Positions 35,609 through 44,812 of a DNA stretch of 47,520 nt are shown in pieces (position 1 is the first letter of the stretch; every line of letters starts with the position of its first letter). The notes beneath the pieces are model-generated. The model was not told where the DNA came from. It saw nothing but the letters and a program-made list of their open reading frames with translations, and made no database searches. The position numbers and the translations under genes are program-made. Source of the stretch: a bacterium (GTDB lineage: Bacteria; Margulisbacteria; WOR-1; O2-12-FULL-45-9; XYB2-FULL-48-7); assembly GCA_043812655.1 (NCBI GenBank), contig JBDRLW010000020.1:1-47520 (forward strand), in the 5' to 3' direction.

Positions 35609-37810
35609 ATGCGGCGGCAGATCACGAGCTTGCTCGTTCTTATTGCGATAGCCTACTGCGCGGCCTGGGGAGAACTTATTATTTCCCGTCCTTTTATCGG
35701 CGGGCAAGAAACAAAGGCAGTAGAAGTTGGTTCCTCCCCACAGGTTACAATAAAATACAGGAACTCCTCCGCTAATGAGATCGCGATCAGTTCGGTTGAC
35801 TTAAACCTGCAATACAATCCCGCCATAATTGATTATATCAACAGCATAACTAATAACAATCAAGGAAAATTAGTAGAAAGGCTCTCTGACACTTCAACTC
35901 CGGGGAAAATAAGCTACAAGCTAGAATCAGTTTCGTTCGCCAAAGAAAAACTGCCCCCTTCTTTCGGCCCACCAGCTGGGACACCAATGGAAACACCGAC
36001 CGGAAAACCAGCTTTACCCGATAGTTATCCTTCTCAACCGATAGAAATTTCACCGGTCATGCCAGCACCGCCACCTCCCCGCTCTAATTTTACGGTCAAG
36101 CCAGGTAAGACCATTGATCTGGCAACTATAAATTTTCATTTAGTTCAAACAGTTCCCAAGATCACAAGTTCCCTGCCGTTGTTTACGATCTCTGCCGACG
36201 GCTGCAAAGTGATCGACAGCTTAGATGACGTTACCCAAGGGGTAGCGGCCTTGCCTCAAGTAACACTAAAAAATTCTGCGCCGCCAAAGTTTAAGGGACA
36301 GGCTTCAGTTAGGTCGGGGAATTCCTTCGGCCAAAAGGATATTGGGAATACTTTGACCCTTAACTGGAAAACCGAAGGGGCCGGCGCGCTTGAATATTCC
36401 CGTTTTCCCAACGGCAAGCTAAAATGCAAGGTTGAAAGAAGCACCGATCCTGATTTTGCAGGAGCTACCGAGCTTCCCCTTATTGGAGATCCTCCCACCA
36501 GCAATATCGAAAATGATGATTACGTCTACCAGGATGGGCCGCCAAGCAGTGATCCCCTAAGCGATGGGACAACCTATTATTATAGGATAAGCGCTGCTGA
36601 TGATACCTCTCCGGATGCTAATGAGACCAAGGATAATCCGCCTGTCTCCGGAATACCGTATGATTTTACTCCACCAGGAGAGATCACTGGTCTTTCAGCC
36701 ACTGGCGATGACCGTAAAATTACTTTAAAGTGGGTTAACCCAACCGACGCTGACCTTGGCGGTGTTTTAATTATGAGGAATAGAGGCAACCCGGTCGCCC
36801 CTGACAGCTTGGAGGGAGCAACGTCTGCCGGCCATGGCAAGATATATCAACTTGGGGAGGAACCTTTTGGCCCAGATAAAGGGACGGTTATATATGTTAG
36901 CCCCCAGGAATATTTTTCAACAGAATATGAAGATAACGAAGTAGAAAATGGAGTAGATTATCAATATAAAATCTTTACTTACGACCGGGCAATTGACTGG
37001 GAACCGAAAGAATTTGGCCGCAATTATTCAAAGGGAGTTGAGATCTCGGCTAAAGCCGGCGTTGTCCCAAAACCGATCAGCAACTTTATCGCTAATAAAA
37101 CGGAATACCCCGGCGAAGTTTTGTTCACTTGGGATAATTCTCCTGATCCTTTTTGCGAAGGCATCATAATTAAATATTCAACCGATGATAAACAAAAATT
37201 CTCTGACTTGAGGGACGAGAACTCCGGTAAATTGGCAGGCATTATCCCTCTCAGTTCCGGGCCTGGACAACCCGATTACGCCTATCTTCCTATCCCCTCC
37301 GGTTTTAATTATTACTTTAAGGCCTTTGCCTACAATTATACCAACGAACCGCTTGATCCAGAGAACAAAGAAAGCATGGCCGCCCATGCCTTTAGCGGCG
37401 GCCAAACCGCTTCGCTCCTTCTCCTCGTCAGCAAGGAAGAAGAGCTTTTCACCTACACCTTTAATTTCCAAAAAGGGATCAATCATTTTGCCGTTCCTTT
37501 TCCCTCCGACCGGATTACCAATAAAGACGGGAAAGTCGTTGACATCTCCAACTGGGAAAATTTGATCGACGAGCTGAACGCGCAAGCCGGTGGGAACGTC
37601 GTTAACTCTTTTGGCCGCTGGAACGAGGTCGAGCAAAAAGCCGAAGGGATCATCGCCATAGACTATACGAAAACTGGCCCTAGCCGATATTTAACGACCA
37701 AGGGAGTAAGCCCTACCCAACCGGTGGTCCAGGGCGGCGCCTTTGAAATCAATATTTCCAAGCCCTTTACTTTTATTTTAAAGAACATTGCTCCACAGCC
37801 GCAATATTAA
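35609..37810 (+). CDS. Secreted multidomain surface protein (cohesin-like, Pro-rich linker, Fn3-like domains)
   Basis: Signal peptide from ATG 35609; VDLNLQYNP cohesin-like strand; D.TPPG.ITGL.A...ITLKW.NP Fn3 pattern; C-terminal KGINHFAVPF domain. Confidence 0.7.
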   Translation: MRRQITSLLVLIAIAYCAAWGELIISRPFIGGQETKAVEVGSSPQVTIKYRNSSANEIAISSVDLNLQYNPAIIDYINSITNNNQGKLVERLSDTSTPGKISYKLESVSFAKEKLPPSFGPPAGTPMETPTGKPALPDSYPSQPIEISPVMPAPPPPRSNFTVKPGKTIDLATINFHLVQTVPKITSSLPLFTISADGCKVIDSLDDVTQGVAALPQVTLKNSAPPKFKGQASVRSGNSFGQKDIGNTLTLNWKTEGAGALEYSRFPNGKLKCKVERSTDPDFAGATELPLIGDPPTSNIENDDYVYQDGPPSSDPLSDGTTYYYRISAADDTSPDANETKDNPPVSGIPYDFTPPGEITGLSATGDDRKITLKWVNPTDADLGGVLIMRNRGNPVAPDSLEGATSAGHGKIYQLGEEPFGPDKGTVIYVSPQEYFSTEYEDNEVENGVDYQYKIFTYDRAIDWEPKEFGRNYSKGVEISAKAGVVPKPISNFIANKTEYPGEVLFTWDNSPDPFCEGIIIKYSTDDKQKFSDLRDENSGKLAGIIPLSSGPGQPDYAYLPIPSGFNYYFKAFAYNYTNEPLDPENKESMAAHAFSGGQTASLLLLVSKEEELFTYTFNFQKGINHFAVPFPSDRITNKDGKVVDISNWENLIDELNAQAGGNVVNSFGRWNEVEQKAEGIIAIDYTKTGPSRYLTTKGVSPTQPVVQGGAFEINISKPFTFILKNIAPQPQY

Positions 37811-37814
37811 TACG

Positions 37815-38936
37815 ATGTTTAACAAAAAATATTATTTTATTTTTTTTGTTTTATTTTTTTTATCTCCAGCCAGCTTGTCGCAAGAACCTTTTACCCCTAT
37901 TTATTGGATCAAGGGGACGGTTGAAGATCCTCCCGGCCAAACTGCCAACGGCCTTAAAATTTATTTCCAAAATGACCGGGCCTGGGACATTATCGGCGAA
38001 ACCGGCGCCTCTGGGAAGCCAAATGAATTTATCATCAATGCCGGCGAAGCGGGGGTGCTCTTAGAAACCAACAAGACTTATCAGGTTTATACCGAAAGGA
38101 TCAACGGTTTTGGCGTTGGCCCGATCAATGTTACCATTACCGGTAAAGGGATCGAGATCCTTTCCCCTGCCGCTCTTACCGCTGATGGAGGGCTTTCCTC
38201 CGCCGCCACCTTATCCGTTCCAAAAACCATGGCTGTGGCCAAACAAGAAGCTAGCCCCAAGATCAAGGTTTGGTTCGGTAATCGTTTATACCAAAAAGCC
38301 TTGGTCCAGAAAGGCCAAACAATGGTTGTAGCTAAAAATCCAAAAATTAAAGTTGAAGTTTCTGTTGACCAGCCTTATACCCTATCGACCAATGCCGATG
38401 ATTATAAGATCAATGTCGATGCCGGCCAAGTTAATAGCCTATCTTTAAGCCCCAAAGCTCAAACCCTAGAGAAAACACAGGCCTTTAGCTTAAATTATTC
38501 TATGCCTGACCCTTTAAAAAGCGGCAGCCATACCTTTAACGTTACAGCTAAAACCAGCGGTGATCTTGGGACCCCGGCTTTTGTCAGTGAAGTCGTGTCG
38601 GTCGAAGTTGCCGGCGGCCCGATCCGTCTAATTGGCATACCCTTAACCTATCCCAGCCCCTTCAGCGTTAAGAAACATCGCAATGTTACGATCCAATACG
38701 GGCTCTCGAACGACACCGATATCGACCTGACCATTATCGGCGCGGATGGGACCAGGGTAAAGAAATATTTCTTGTTGTCCGGGACCGAGGGGGGCTCGGC
38801 CGGCATAAATAAAGTCCTCTGGAATGGTATCACCGACCAAGGTTATGAAGCCGGTAATGCTATTTACCTTGGCACGATCATCGCTAAGGAAGAAGGCAAA
38901 CTGCTGGGTAAATTTAAATTGACCATTATGAATTAA
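37815..38936 (+). CDS. Secreted protein with C-terminal FlgD-Ig/T9SS-CTD-like domain
   Basis: Signal peptide; YPSPF...IQY.L...WNG...GNAIYL...KFKLTIMN. Confidence 0.72.
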   Translation: MFNKKYYFIFFVLFFLSPASLSQEPFTPIYWIKGTVEDPPGQTANGLKIYFQNDRAWDIIGETGASGKPNEFIINAGEAGVLLETNKTYQVYTERINGFGVGPINVTITGKGIEILSPAALTADGGLSSAATLSVPKTMAVAKQEASPKIKVWFGNRLYQKALVQKGQTMVVAKNPKIKVEVSVDQPYTLSTNADDYKINVDAGQVNSLSLSPKAQTLEKTQAFSLNYSMPDPLKSGSHTFNVTAKTSGDLGTPAFVSEVVSVEVAGGPIRLIGIPLTYPSPFSVKKHRNVTIQYGLSNDTDIDLTIIGADGTRVKKYFLLSGTEGGSAGINKVLWNGITDQGYEAGNAIYLGTIIAKEEGKLLGKFKLTIMN

Positions 38937-38937
38937 G

Positions 38938-39270
38938 ATGAAAAAATTCTCTTGGCTGCCCATGCTATTGCTGGCTATTTCCATTTTTAACTACCCCAAC
39001 CCCTTTGATCCCCAAGCCGGGGAAGTAACGACCTTTGAATGCACCCCAACCTCGACCAGTGAAGCCTACCTATATATATATGACCTTGGCGCCCGGCTGA
39101 TAGCGCAAAAAGACTGGAATCTGCAAGGCGGGGCAAAAAATTCGCTCTCCTGGAATGGCTACGCCGACAGCAACGAACGGGTTTCGAGCGGAGTCTATCT
39201 CTACCGCTTGATCGATAAAGCCAGCAAGGCTTCTTTAGCAAAAGGCAAAGCCTGGATTATCAATAAATGA
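38938..39270 (+). CDS. Stand-alone T9SS type A sorting/FlgD-Ig-like domain protein
   Basis: Signal peptide directly followed by NYPNPF...IYDL.ARLI...WNG...SGVYLYRL...K. Confidence 0.78.
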   Translation: MKKFSWLPMLLLAISIFNYPNPFDPQAGEVTTFECTPTSTSEAYLYIYDLGARLIAQKDWNLQGGAKNSLSWNGYADSNERVSSGVYLYRLIDKASKASLAKGKAWIINK

Positions 39271-40289
39271 TGAATGACCATAGCTTAGTTTTGGAACCTG
39301 AGAATAAAATTCTCGGTTCCAAAAACCCAAGGAACCGCGACTTTCAGTCGCTGGTTGCTAAATACATTAATTGGACATTGGTCATTGGATATTGGTCATT
39401 ATTCCTCTGCCTTTCTGCCTACGCCTTTGACCCCCTCACCATCGCCCAAGGCGCAACGGCCCTCGGCATGGGGGGAGCGGCGGTCGCCGCTGTAAGAGAA
39501 GGGAATACCGTCTTTAATAATCCGGCCAGTTTAGGCGAGATCGATTCTTTTAGGATGAACTCAATGTCCGGAACAATTATGGAAGAAGCCACTTTTTCTC
39601 TTCTTGACGGAGTTTATCCTTTTGGCAGTCAGGCCGCCTTTGGCATAGGTTACAGTGGTGTTTGCGTCCCAGGGATCGAACGTTATGACAGCGGCGGTAT
39701 TTCTTTAGGCAAAGCGGCAAATTATACCAATGGCGTTTTCCTGGCCGCCTATGGAAAAAAACTGACCGAGTCTTTTTCTCTTGGTCTAAGCGTCAAATAT
39801 AATTACGTTGAAGCGTCGGAGGATGCTTCAGGTAATGGCTCTGCTTGGAACGCCGATCTTGGGCTGATGCAAAAAAGCCTCGATTGGGTCAACTTTGGCT
39901 TGGTAGGGAAAGATCTTTTTAGCTCTACTAAGATCATCGCCGGAACAAATCTTTATTTAATGGGAAGCCGTTTTTCTTCAGCCATTGTCTCTCCTTATGA
40001 ATTATCGCTTGCTCTCGATCTTAGCCTTGGTTTATCACAAACAAATTCAAGCGGAACACGTTTGGGGATTGAATTTAGCCCCTCAAACCTGCTAACAGTT
40101 AGGACCGGGCTTGACCAAAATAACCCGACCGCGGGAGTTAGCTTAAAAACAGCCGGCTTAGGCTTCCATTACGCTTACCATACTTACGGCGGCTTTAGCG
40201 GCAATGTCACTCATTACTTCTCCCTCTCCTTTGATGAGCAAGGCTGGCCACCCGAAAGCCCTCCCGAGACCCGAGTTGCAAAAAAATAG
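39267..40289 (+). CDS. PorV/PorQ-like outer-membrane beta-barrel
   Basis: [13 protein letters not shown]...NNPASL N-terminal motif, alternating beta strands, FHYAY...HYFSLSF. Confidence 0.78.
   Translation: MMNDHSLVLEPENKILGSKNPRNRDFQSLVAKYINWTLVIGYWSLFLCLSAYAFDPLTIAQGATALGMGGAAVAAVREGNTVFNNPASLGEIDSFRMNSMSGTIMEEATFSLLDGVYPFGSQAAFGIGYSGVCVPGIERYDSGGISLGKAANYTNGVFLAAYGKKLTESFSLGLSVKYNYVEASEDASGNGSAWNADLGLMQKSLDWVNFGLVGKDLFSSTKIIAGTNLYLMGSRFSSAIVSPYELSLALDLSLGLSQTNSSGTRLGIEFSPSNLLTVRTGLDQNNPTAGVSLKTAGLGFHYAYHTYGGFSGNVTHYFSLSFDEQGWPPESPPETRVAKK
39289..39400. repeat. Family B palindrome doublet plus STRR2-like heptamers in the PorV-like N-terminus
   Basis: GGAACCTGAGAATAAAATTCTCGGTTCC, GGAACCGCGACTTTCAGTCGCTGGTT, TTGGACA TTGGTCA TTGGATA TTGGTCA. 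Confidence 0.85.
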
Positions 40290-40311
40290 CTCGTGTGATA
40301 AAATTACCTCT

Positions 40312-41154
40312 ATGGCTGTTGTCACAATGAAAGAATTGCTTGAAGCTGGCGTCCATTTTGGCCACCAGAGCAAGCGTTGGAACCCTAAAATGGGCCGGTA
40401 TATTTATGCCGCCAGGAACGGTATCCATGTTATTGACCTGCACAAATCCATCCCGCTGGTCGAACAAGCTTACGAATTCGTAAAACAAGCCTCGGCCAAA
40501 GGTTCGATCCTCTTTGTCGGTACTAAAAAACAGGCGATGGAAGCCGTTGAAGAAGAAGCCAAACGGTGCGGCATGTTCTATGTCAACCAGAGATGGATGG
40601 GCGGAACACTCACCAATTTCAAGACCTTAAAGAAAAATATCGCCCGTTTGAACGAGATCGAAAAGATGAAAGAAGATGGGACTTTTGAGCGCTTGCCTAA
40701 AAAAGAGGTTATCCTCCTAGAAAGAGAACACCGCAAATTAGTTAGAGGACTGGGCGGGATCCGCCAGATGACCTCGCTCCCTTCAGCAATTTTTGTTATT
40801 GACACTTTAAAAGAACAAACAGCGATCAAAGAGGCCAAGAGGCTTAATATCCCGATCGTCGCCATTGTCGACACCAATACCGACCCCGATGATGTCACCT
40901 ACCCAATGCCGGGCAATGACGACGCGATCCGCTCGATCAAATTATTAACCAGCATTGTGGCCTCGGCTGTCATAGCCGGGCGGGAAACCGCTCAAGCGGT
41001 TGAAGGAGCCGAAGGCGGGGAAGAAGCGATCGCCGCGCCGCTCGAAGTTGAAGAAGCCGAAGCTCTTACCATGGAACAACAGCTCGAAGAGACAGTCCTC
41101 TCTCAAGTAATAGTCCCCAAAGAAGAAGACGAGGAAAAAAGGACCGGATTCTAA
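40312..41154 (+). CDS. rpsB: 30S ribosomal protein S2
   Basis: [32 protein letters not shown]. Confidence 0.97.
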   Translation: MAVVTMKELLEAGVHFGHQSKRWNPKMGRYIYAARNGIHVIDLHKSIPLVEQAYEFVKQASAKGSILFVGTKKQAMEAVEEEAKRCGMFYVNQRWMGGTLTNFKTLKKNIARLNEIEKMKEDGTFERLPKKEVILLEREHRKLVRGLGGIRQMTSLPSAIFVIDTLKEQTAIKEAKRLNIPIVAIVDTNTDPDDVTYPMPGNDDAIRSIKLLTSIVASAVIAGRETAQAVEGAEGGEEAIAAPLEVEEAEALTMEQQLEETVLSQVIVPKEEDEEKRTGF

Positions 41155-41756
41155 TGGCCGAGATCACCAGCCAAATGGTCGTAGCCCTGCGTGAAAAAAC
41201 CGGCTGCGGCATGATGGATTGCAAAGCCGCCCTAGCCGAAACCAAAGGGGACCTCGAACAAGCTATCGACCTTTTAAGAAAAAAAGGGATCGCTGCCGCT
41301 TCGCGCCGCGCTGGACGGGTTGCCGCGCAGGGCTTGGTTGAATCATATATCCACCTAGGCGGAAAGATCGGGGTGTTGGTCGAAGTTAATTGCGAAACCG
41401 ATTTTGTTGCCAGAAGCGCCGATTTCCAGGCCTTTGCCAAGGATCTTTGCCTGCAAATTGCCGCGTCCAACCCCCAATATGTTTCCCGGGATGAAGTTCC
41501 AGATAGTCAAGTTGAACACGAAACTGAAATTATCACTACGCAATCAAAAGCCGAGGGCAAACCGGAAAAAGCGATCGAAAAGATCGTTCAAGGCCGGCTC
41601 GAAAAGTTTTACAGTGAAATTTGTCTCTTAGACCAGCCATTTATCCGCGACCAAAAAGTGTTAATTAAAGATCTTTTAGGCGGTTTAACCGCCAAGATCG
41701 GTGAAAATGTCGTCATCCGCCGGTTTTCCCGCTTCCAATTAGGCGAAAAGTCCTAA
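41154..41756 (+). CDS. tsf: Elongation factor Ts (short form)
   Basis: LREKTG.GMMDCK, EVNCETDFVA; 200 aa. Confidence 0.97.
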   Translation: MAEITSQMVVALREKTGCGMMDCKAALAETKGDLEQAIDLLRKKGIAAASRRAGRVAAQGLVESYIHLGGKIGVLVEVNCETDFVARSADFQAFAKDLCLQIAASNPQYVSRDEVPDSQVEHETEIITTQSKAEGKPEKAIEKIVQGRLEKFYSEICLLDQPFIRDQKVLIKDLLGGLTAKIGENVVIRRFSRFQLGEKS

Positions 41757-41789
41757 GCACCAAGCCCCAAATTCTAGTATAATACCTAT

Positions 41790-44435
41790 ATGCCCAAAGT
41801 TATTTTAATTGATGGCAATTCTCTCGCCTACCGTGCTTTTTATGCCCTACCCGATACCATGCGGACAAGTTCCGGGCTTACCACTAACGCCGTTTACGGT
41901 TTCACTACTATGCTGATCAAGGTTTTAGACGAGAAGCCGGACTTTGTTGCCATCGCTTTTGACCGGCCGGAACCAACCTTTAGGCACAAAGAATACAAAG
42001 AATATAAAGCAACCCGGCAAAAAACGCCGCCAACTCTCCATGAACAGATCCCCTACGTCAAAGAGATCGCCGCCGGATTTGATATCCCGATCTATGAGCT
42101 CCCGGGCTTTGAGGCGGATGACGTGATCGGCACGCTCGCCATAGAAGCGGAGAAAAAAGGTTACGAAGCAGTGATTTTATCGGGCGATCTTGACCCCCTT
42201 CAATTAGTAAACGATAAAATAAAAGTCTTAACGACCAGGAAGGGAATAACTGACACGATCCTCTACGGCGAAAAAGAGGTTGAAGCTCGTTATGGCGGAC
42301 TGAAACCAAATCAATTGATCGATTACAAAGCTTTAAAAGGCGACACCTCCGATAATATTCCCGGCGTCCCCAAAGTCGGCGAAAAAACAGCGGAAGAGTT
42401 GCTCAAAGAATTTGGAACGCTGGAAAACATCTACAACAATCTCGACAAAATTAAAAAACCGGCCTTAAAAGAGAACTTAAAGAACAATCTCCATCTGGCG
42501 GAACTATCAAAGAAACTGGGGACGATCGTCACTAACGCCCCGATCGAGGTCGACTTTGCTAAAGCGGAGAGAAAAGAGGTCAATTGGGAAAAAGTAGTTA
42601 AGCTTTTCCAAAAATATGAGTTTAATAGTCTAGTCAAAAAATATGGGAAGCCGGCAACCCCGGAAATGATCGAAGAAAAGAGGCAGGAGATCGCTAAGTT
42701 TGGCTTTAAAGCCGTTTTAACTGATAAAGACCTAAAGGATCTAATTGAAAAGCTAGAAAAGTCCGAAGCTTTTGCGTTTGATCTGGAAACTACGGGGCTT
42801 GATCCATTCACCGCCGAGATCGTGGGAATTTCTTTTTCAACAGAAGCAAAAACGGGATATTATTTACCTATTCGCGGTTTCGATCTTGGAAACCGAGACG
42901 TTCAGTCTCTGGTTTCCAACGTGTTCATCTCACCTAAACTTAAAATCGGTCATAATTTAAAGTTCGATCTGGAGATCCTGAAACAAAATGGAATTGAAGT
43001 TAAGGGGCCGTATTTTGACACGATGGTCGCCGCCTACGTTCTTGATCCGGTCGCGGGAAAATACGGGTTGAAGCACCTAGCCAAACAATTTTTAGGGCGA
43101 GACATGATCAGCCTTATGGAATTGATCGGTAAGGACGGGAAATATCAAGATTTTTCACAGGTCCCGATCGAGCTGGCGACCGATTATGCCGCTTCCGATG
43201 CCGAAGCAACGTTCAGCCTATATGAACTTTTTAAACTCGCTATCTCCGCCCAAAAGATCACCGAACTTTTCTATGAGATCGAGATGCCGCTGGTCCCTAT
43301 TCTGGTTGAAATGGAAATGACCGGGATAAAGATCGATACCAAGCTCCTCTCCGACCTTTCGCAGCAACTTGAGATCGAGCTCAAAGACTTGGAGCGTAAT
43401 ATTTTTGGTATCGCCGGCGAAGGCTTTAACCTCAACTCACCCAAACAACTGGCCAACATCCTTTTCACCAAGCTCATGCTGCCGGTAAAAAAGAAGACCA
43501 AGACCGGCCCATCGACCGATGCCGAGGTTTTGGAAGAATTGGCCGCGGAAAAATTCGAGATCGCCGAAAAACTCCTCGATTACCGCCAATTAACCAAGCT
43601 AAAAAGCACCTATGTTGATGTCCTTCCAACTTTGGTCCAACCCAAAACTGGGCGGATCCACACTTCGTTCAACCAAACGATCACCGCGACCGGCCGGCTC
43701 TCCAGCTCTGACCCAAATTTGCAAAATATTCCCGGACGCCTCCACCCCGCTTTTATCCCAGGAAAAAAAGATTGGGTAATTTTAGCGGCCGACTATTCGC
43801 AGGTTGAGCTTCGGATCTTGGCCCACTTAAGCGGCGATCCGGCCCTGATCGAAGCCTTCCAAAAAGATGCCGATATCCACCAGTTGACAGCTGACGAATT
43901 GGGAATTCCACGCGCTGCCGCTAAAACCGTTAACTTTGGGATCATCTACGGCATCTCTGACTTTGGCCTGGCCAAACAATTAAAGATCAAGCGGACTGAA
44001 GCCGCTATCTACATTGAAAAATATTTTAAGCGCCACCTGGGGGTAAAAGCTTTTATTGAAAAAACCATTAAAGAGGCTAAAACCAACGGCTATGTCGCCA
44101 CGCTTCTTGGCCGTAAACGCCCCATCCCTGACCTCAATAACCCTAATGGTAGTTTCCGCGCCGCCGCCGAACGGATGGCGATCAATACGCCGGTGCAAGG
44201 AACCGCCGCCGATATGATAAAGATCGCGATGGTGCGCATCAACTCCAAACCACCAACTTCACACTACAAACTACTCCTCCAAGTTCATGACGAGTTAGTC
44301 TTTGAGTGCTCACCAAACGAAGTCGACTCACTCCGCGAAATCGTTGAAACGGAAATGGTTAACGCCTTAAAACTCTCTGTGCCGATAAAGGTCGACATCG
44401 GCGTCGGCAAAAATTGGGGCGAAGTAAAAGGTTAA
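41790..44435 (+). CDS. polA: DNA polymerase I
   Basis: 5'-3' exonuclease (IDGNSLAYRAFYA, EADD, GD.SDNIPGV), 3'-5' exonuclease (DLETT), polymerase motifs DYSQVELR, K..NFGIIYG, QVHDEL. Confidence 0.97.
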   Translation: MPKVILIDGNSLAYRAFYALPDTMRTSSGLTTNAVYGFTTMLIKVLDEKPDFVAIAFDRPEPTFRHKEYKEYKATRQKTPPTLHEQIPYVKEIAAGFDIPIYELPGFEADDVIGTLAIEAEKKGYEAVILSGDLDPLQLVNDKIKVLTTRKGITDTILYGEKEVEARYGGLKPNQLIDYKALKGDTSDNIPGVPKVGEKTAEELLKEFGTLENIYNNLDKIKKPALKENLKNNLHLAELSKKLGTIVTNAPIEVDFAKAERKEVNWEKVVKLFQKYEFNSLVKKYGKPATPEMIEEKRQEIAKFGFKAVLTDKDLKDLIEKLEKSEAFAFDLETTGLDPFTAEIVGISFSTEAKTGYYLPIRGFDLGNRDVQSLVSNVFISPKLKIGHNLKFDLEILKQNGIEVKGPYFDTMVAAYVLDPVAGKYGLKHLAKQFLGRDMISLMELIGKDGKYQDFSQVPIELATDYAASDAEATFSLYELFKLAISAQKITELFYEIEMPLVPILVEMEMTGIKIDTKLLSDLSQQLEIELKDLERNIFGIAGEGFNLNSPKQLANILFTKLMLPVKKKTKTGPSTDAEVLEELAAEKFEIAEKLLDYRQLTKLKSTYVDVLPTLVQPKTGRIHTSFNQTITATGRLSSSDPNLQNIPGRLHPAFIPGKKDWVILAADYSQVELRILAHLSGDPALIEAFQKDADIHQLTADELGIPRAAAKTVNFGIIYGISDFGLAKQLKIKRTEAAIYIEKYFKRHLGVKAFIEKTIKEAKTNGYVATLLGRKRPIPDLNNPNGSFRAAAERMAINTPVQGTAADMIKIAMVRINSKPPTSHYKLLLQVHDELVFECSPNEVDSLREIVETEMVNALKLSVPIKVDIGVGKNWGEVKG
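42886..42919. repeat. Family B palindromic element in frame inside polA
   Basis: TTGGAAACCGAGACGTTCAGTCTCTGGTTTCCAA, read as LGNRDVQSLVSN. Confidence 0.85.
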
Positions 44436-44812
44436 CCGGCCAAATACCGCTCGCCGATGATCACGGCGGCGTAGTCATCGACCGGAACAGGGGGAAAACG
44501 GAAAGAAGTCGGAATAATACGCCACAACCCGGCCGGCTTATTTTCCTGCCAATATCTTTGTCTTGCTTCTCTGGTTGTTTCTCTCTCGGAAATAAAAATA
44601 ATGTTACCGGCTGGCCCCAATTCTTTAACGACCTGCCGGCCAAAAGCTCCCTGGCCGATCACCGTCGCCGTAAGCGGGTATTGATCGTGGAGCAAGGCTA
44701 TTTTTTCTCTTAGTTCATGGCGGGGCACAACTCGTTTCTCCAAAACTTTTTTGTTTTCATCTAAAACCGCCAGACCGCACTTCTCTTTACCGGGATCAAC
44801 AGCTAAGATCAT
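44432..44812 (-). CDS. YqgF/RuvX-like RNase H-fold nuclease
   Basis: ILAVDPG..KCGLA, E..TT.EAR.RYW, PVDDYAA. Confidence 0.88.
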   Translation of the reverse strand: MILAVDPGKEKCGLAVLDENKKVLEKRVVPRHELREKIALLHDQYPLTATVIGQGAFGRQVVKELGPAGNIIFISERETTREARQRYWQENKPAGLWRIIPTSFRFPPVPVDDYAAVIIGERYLAG

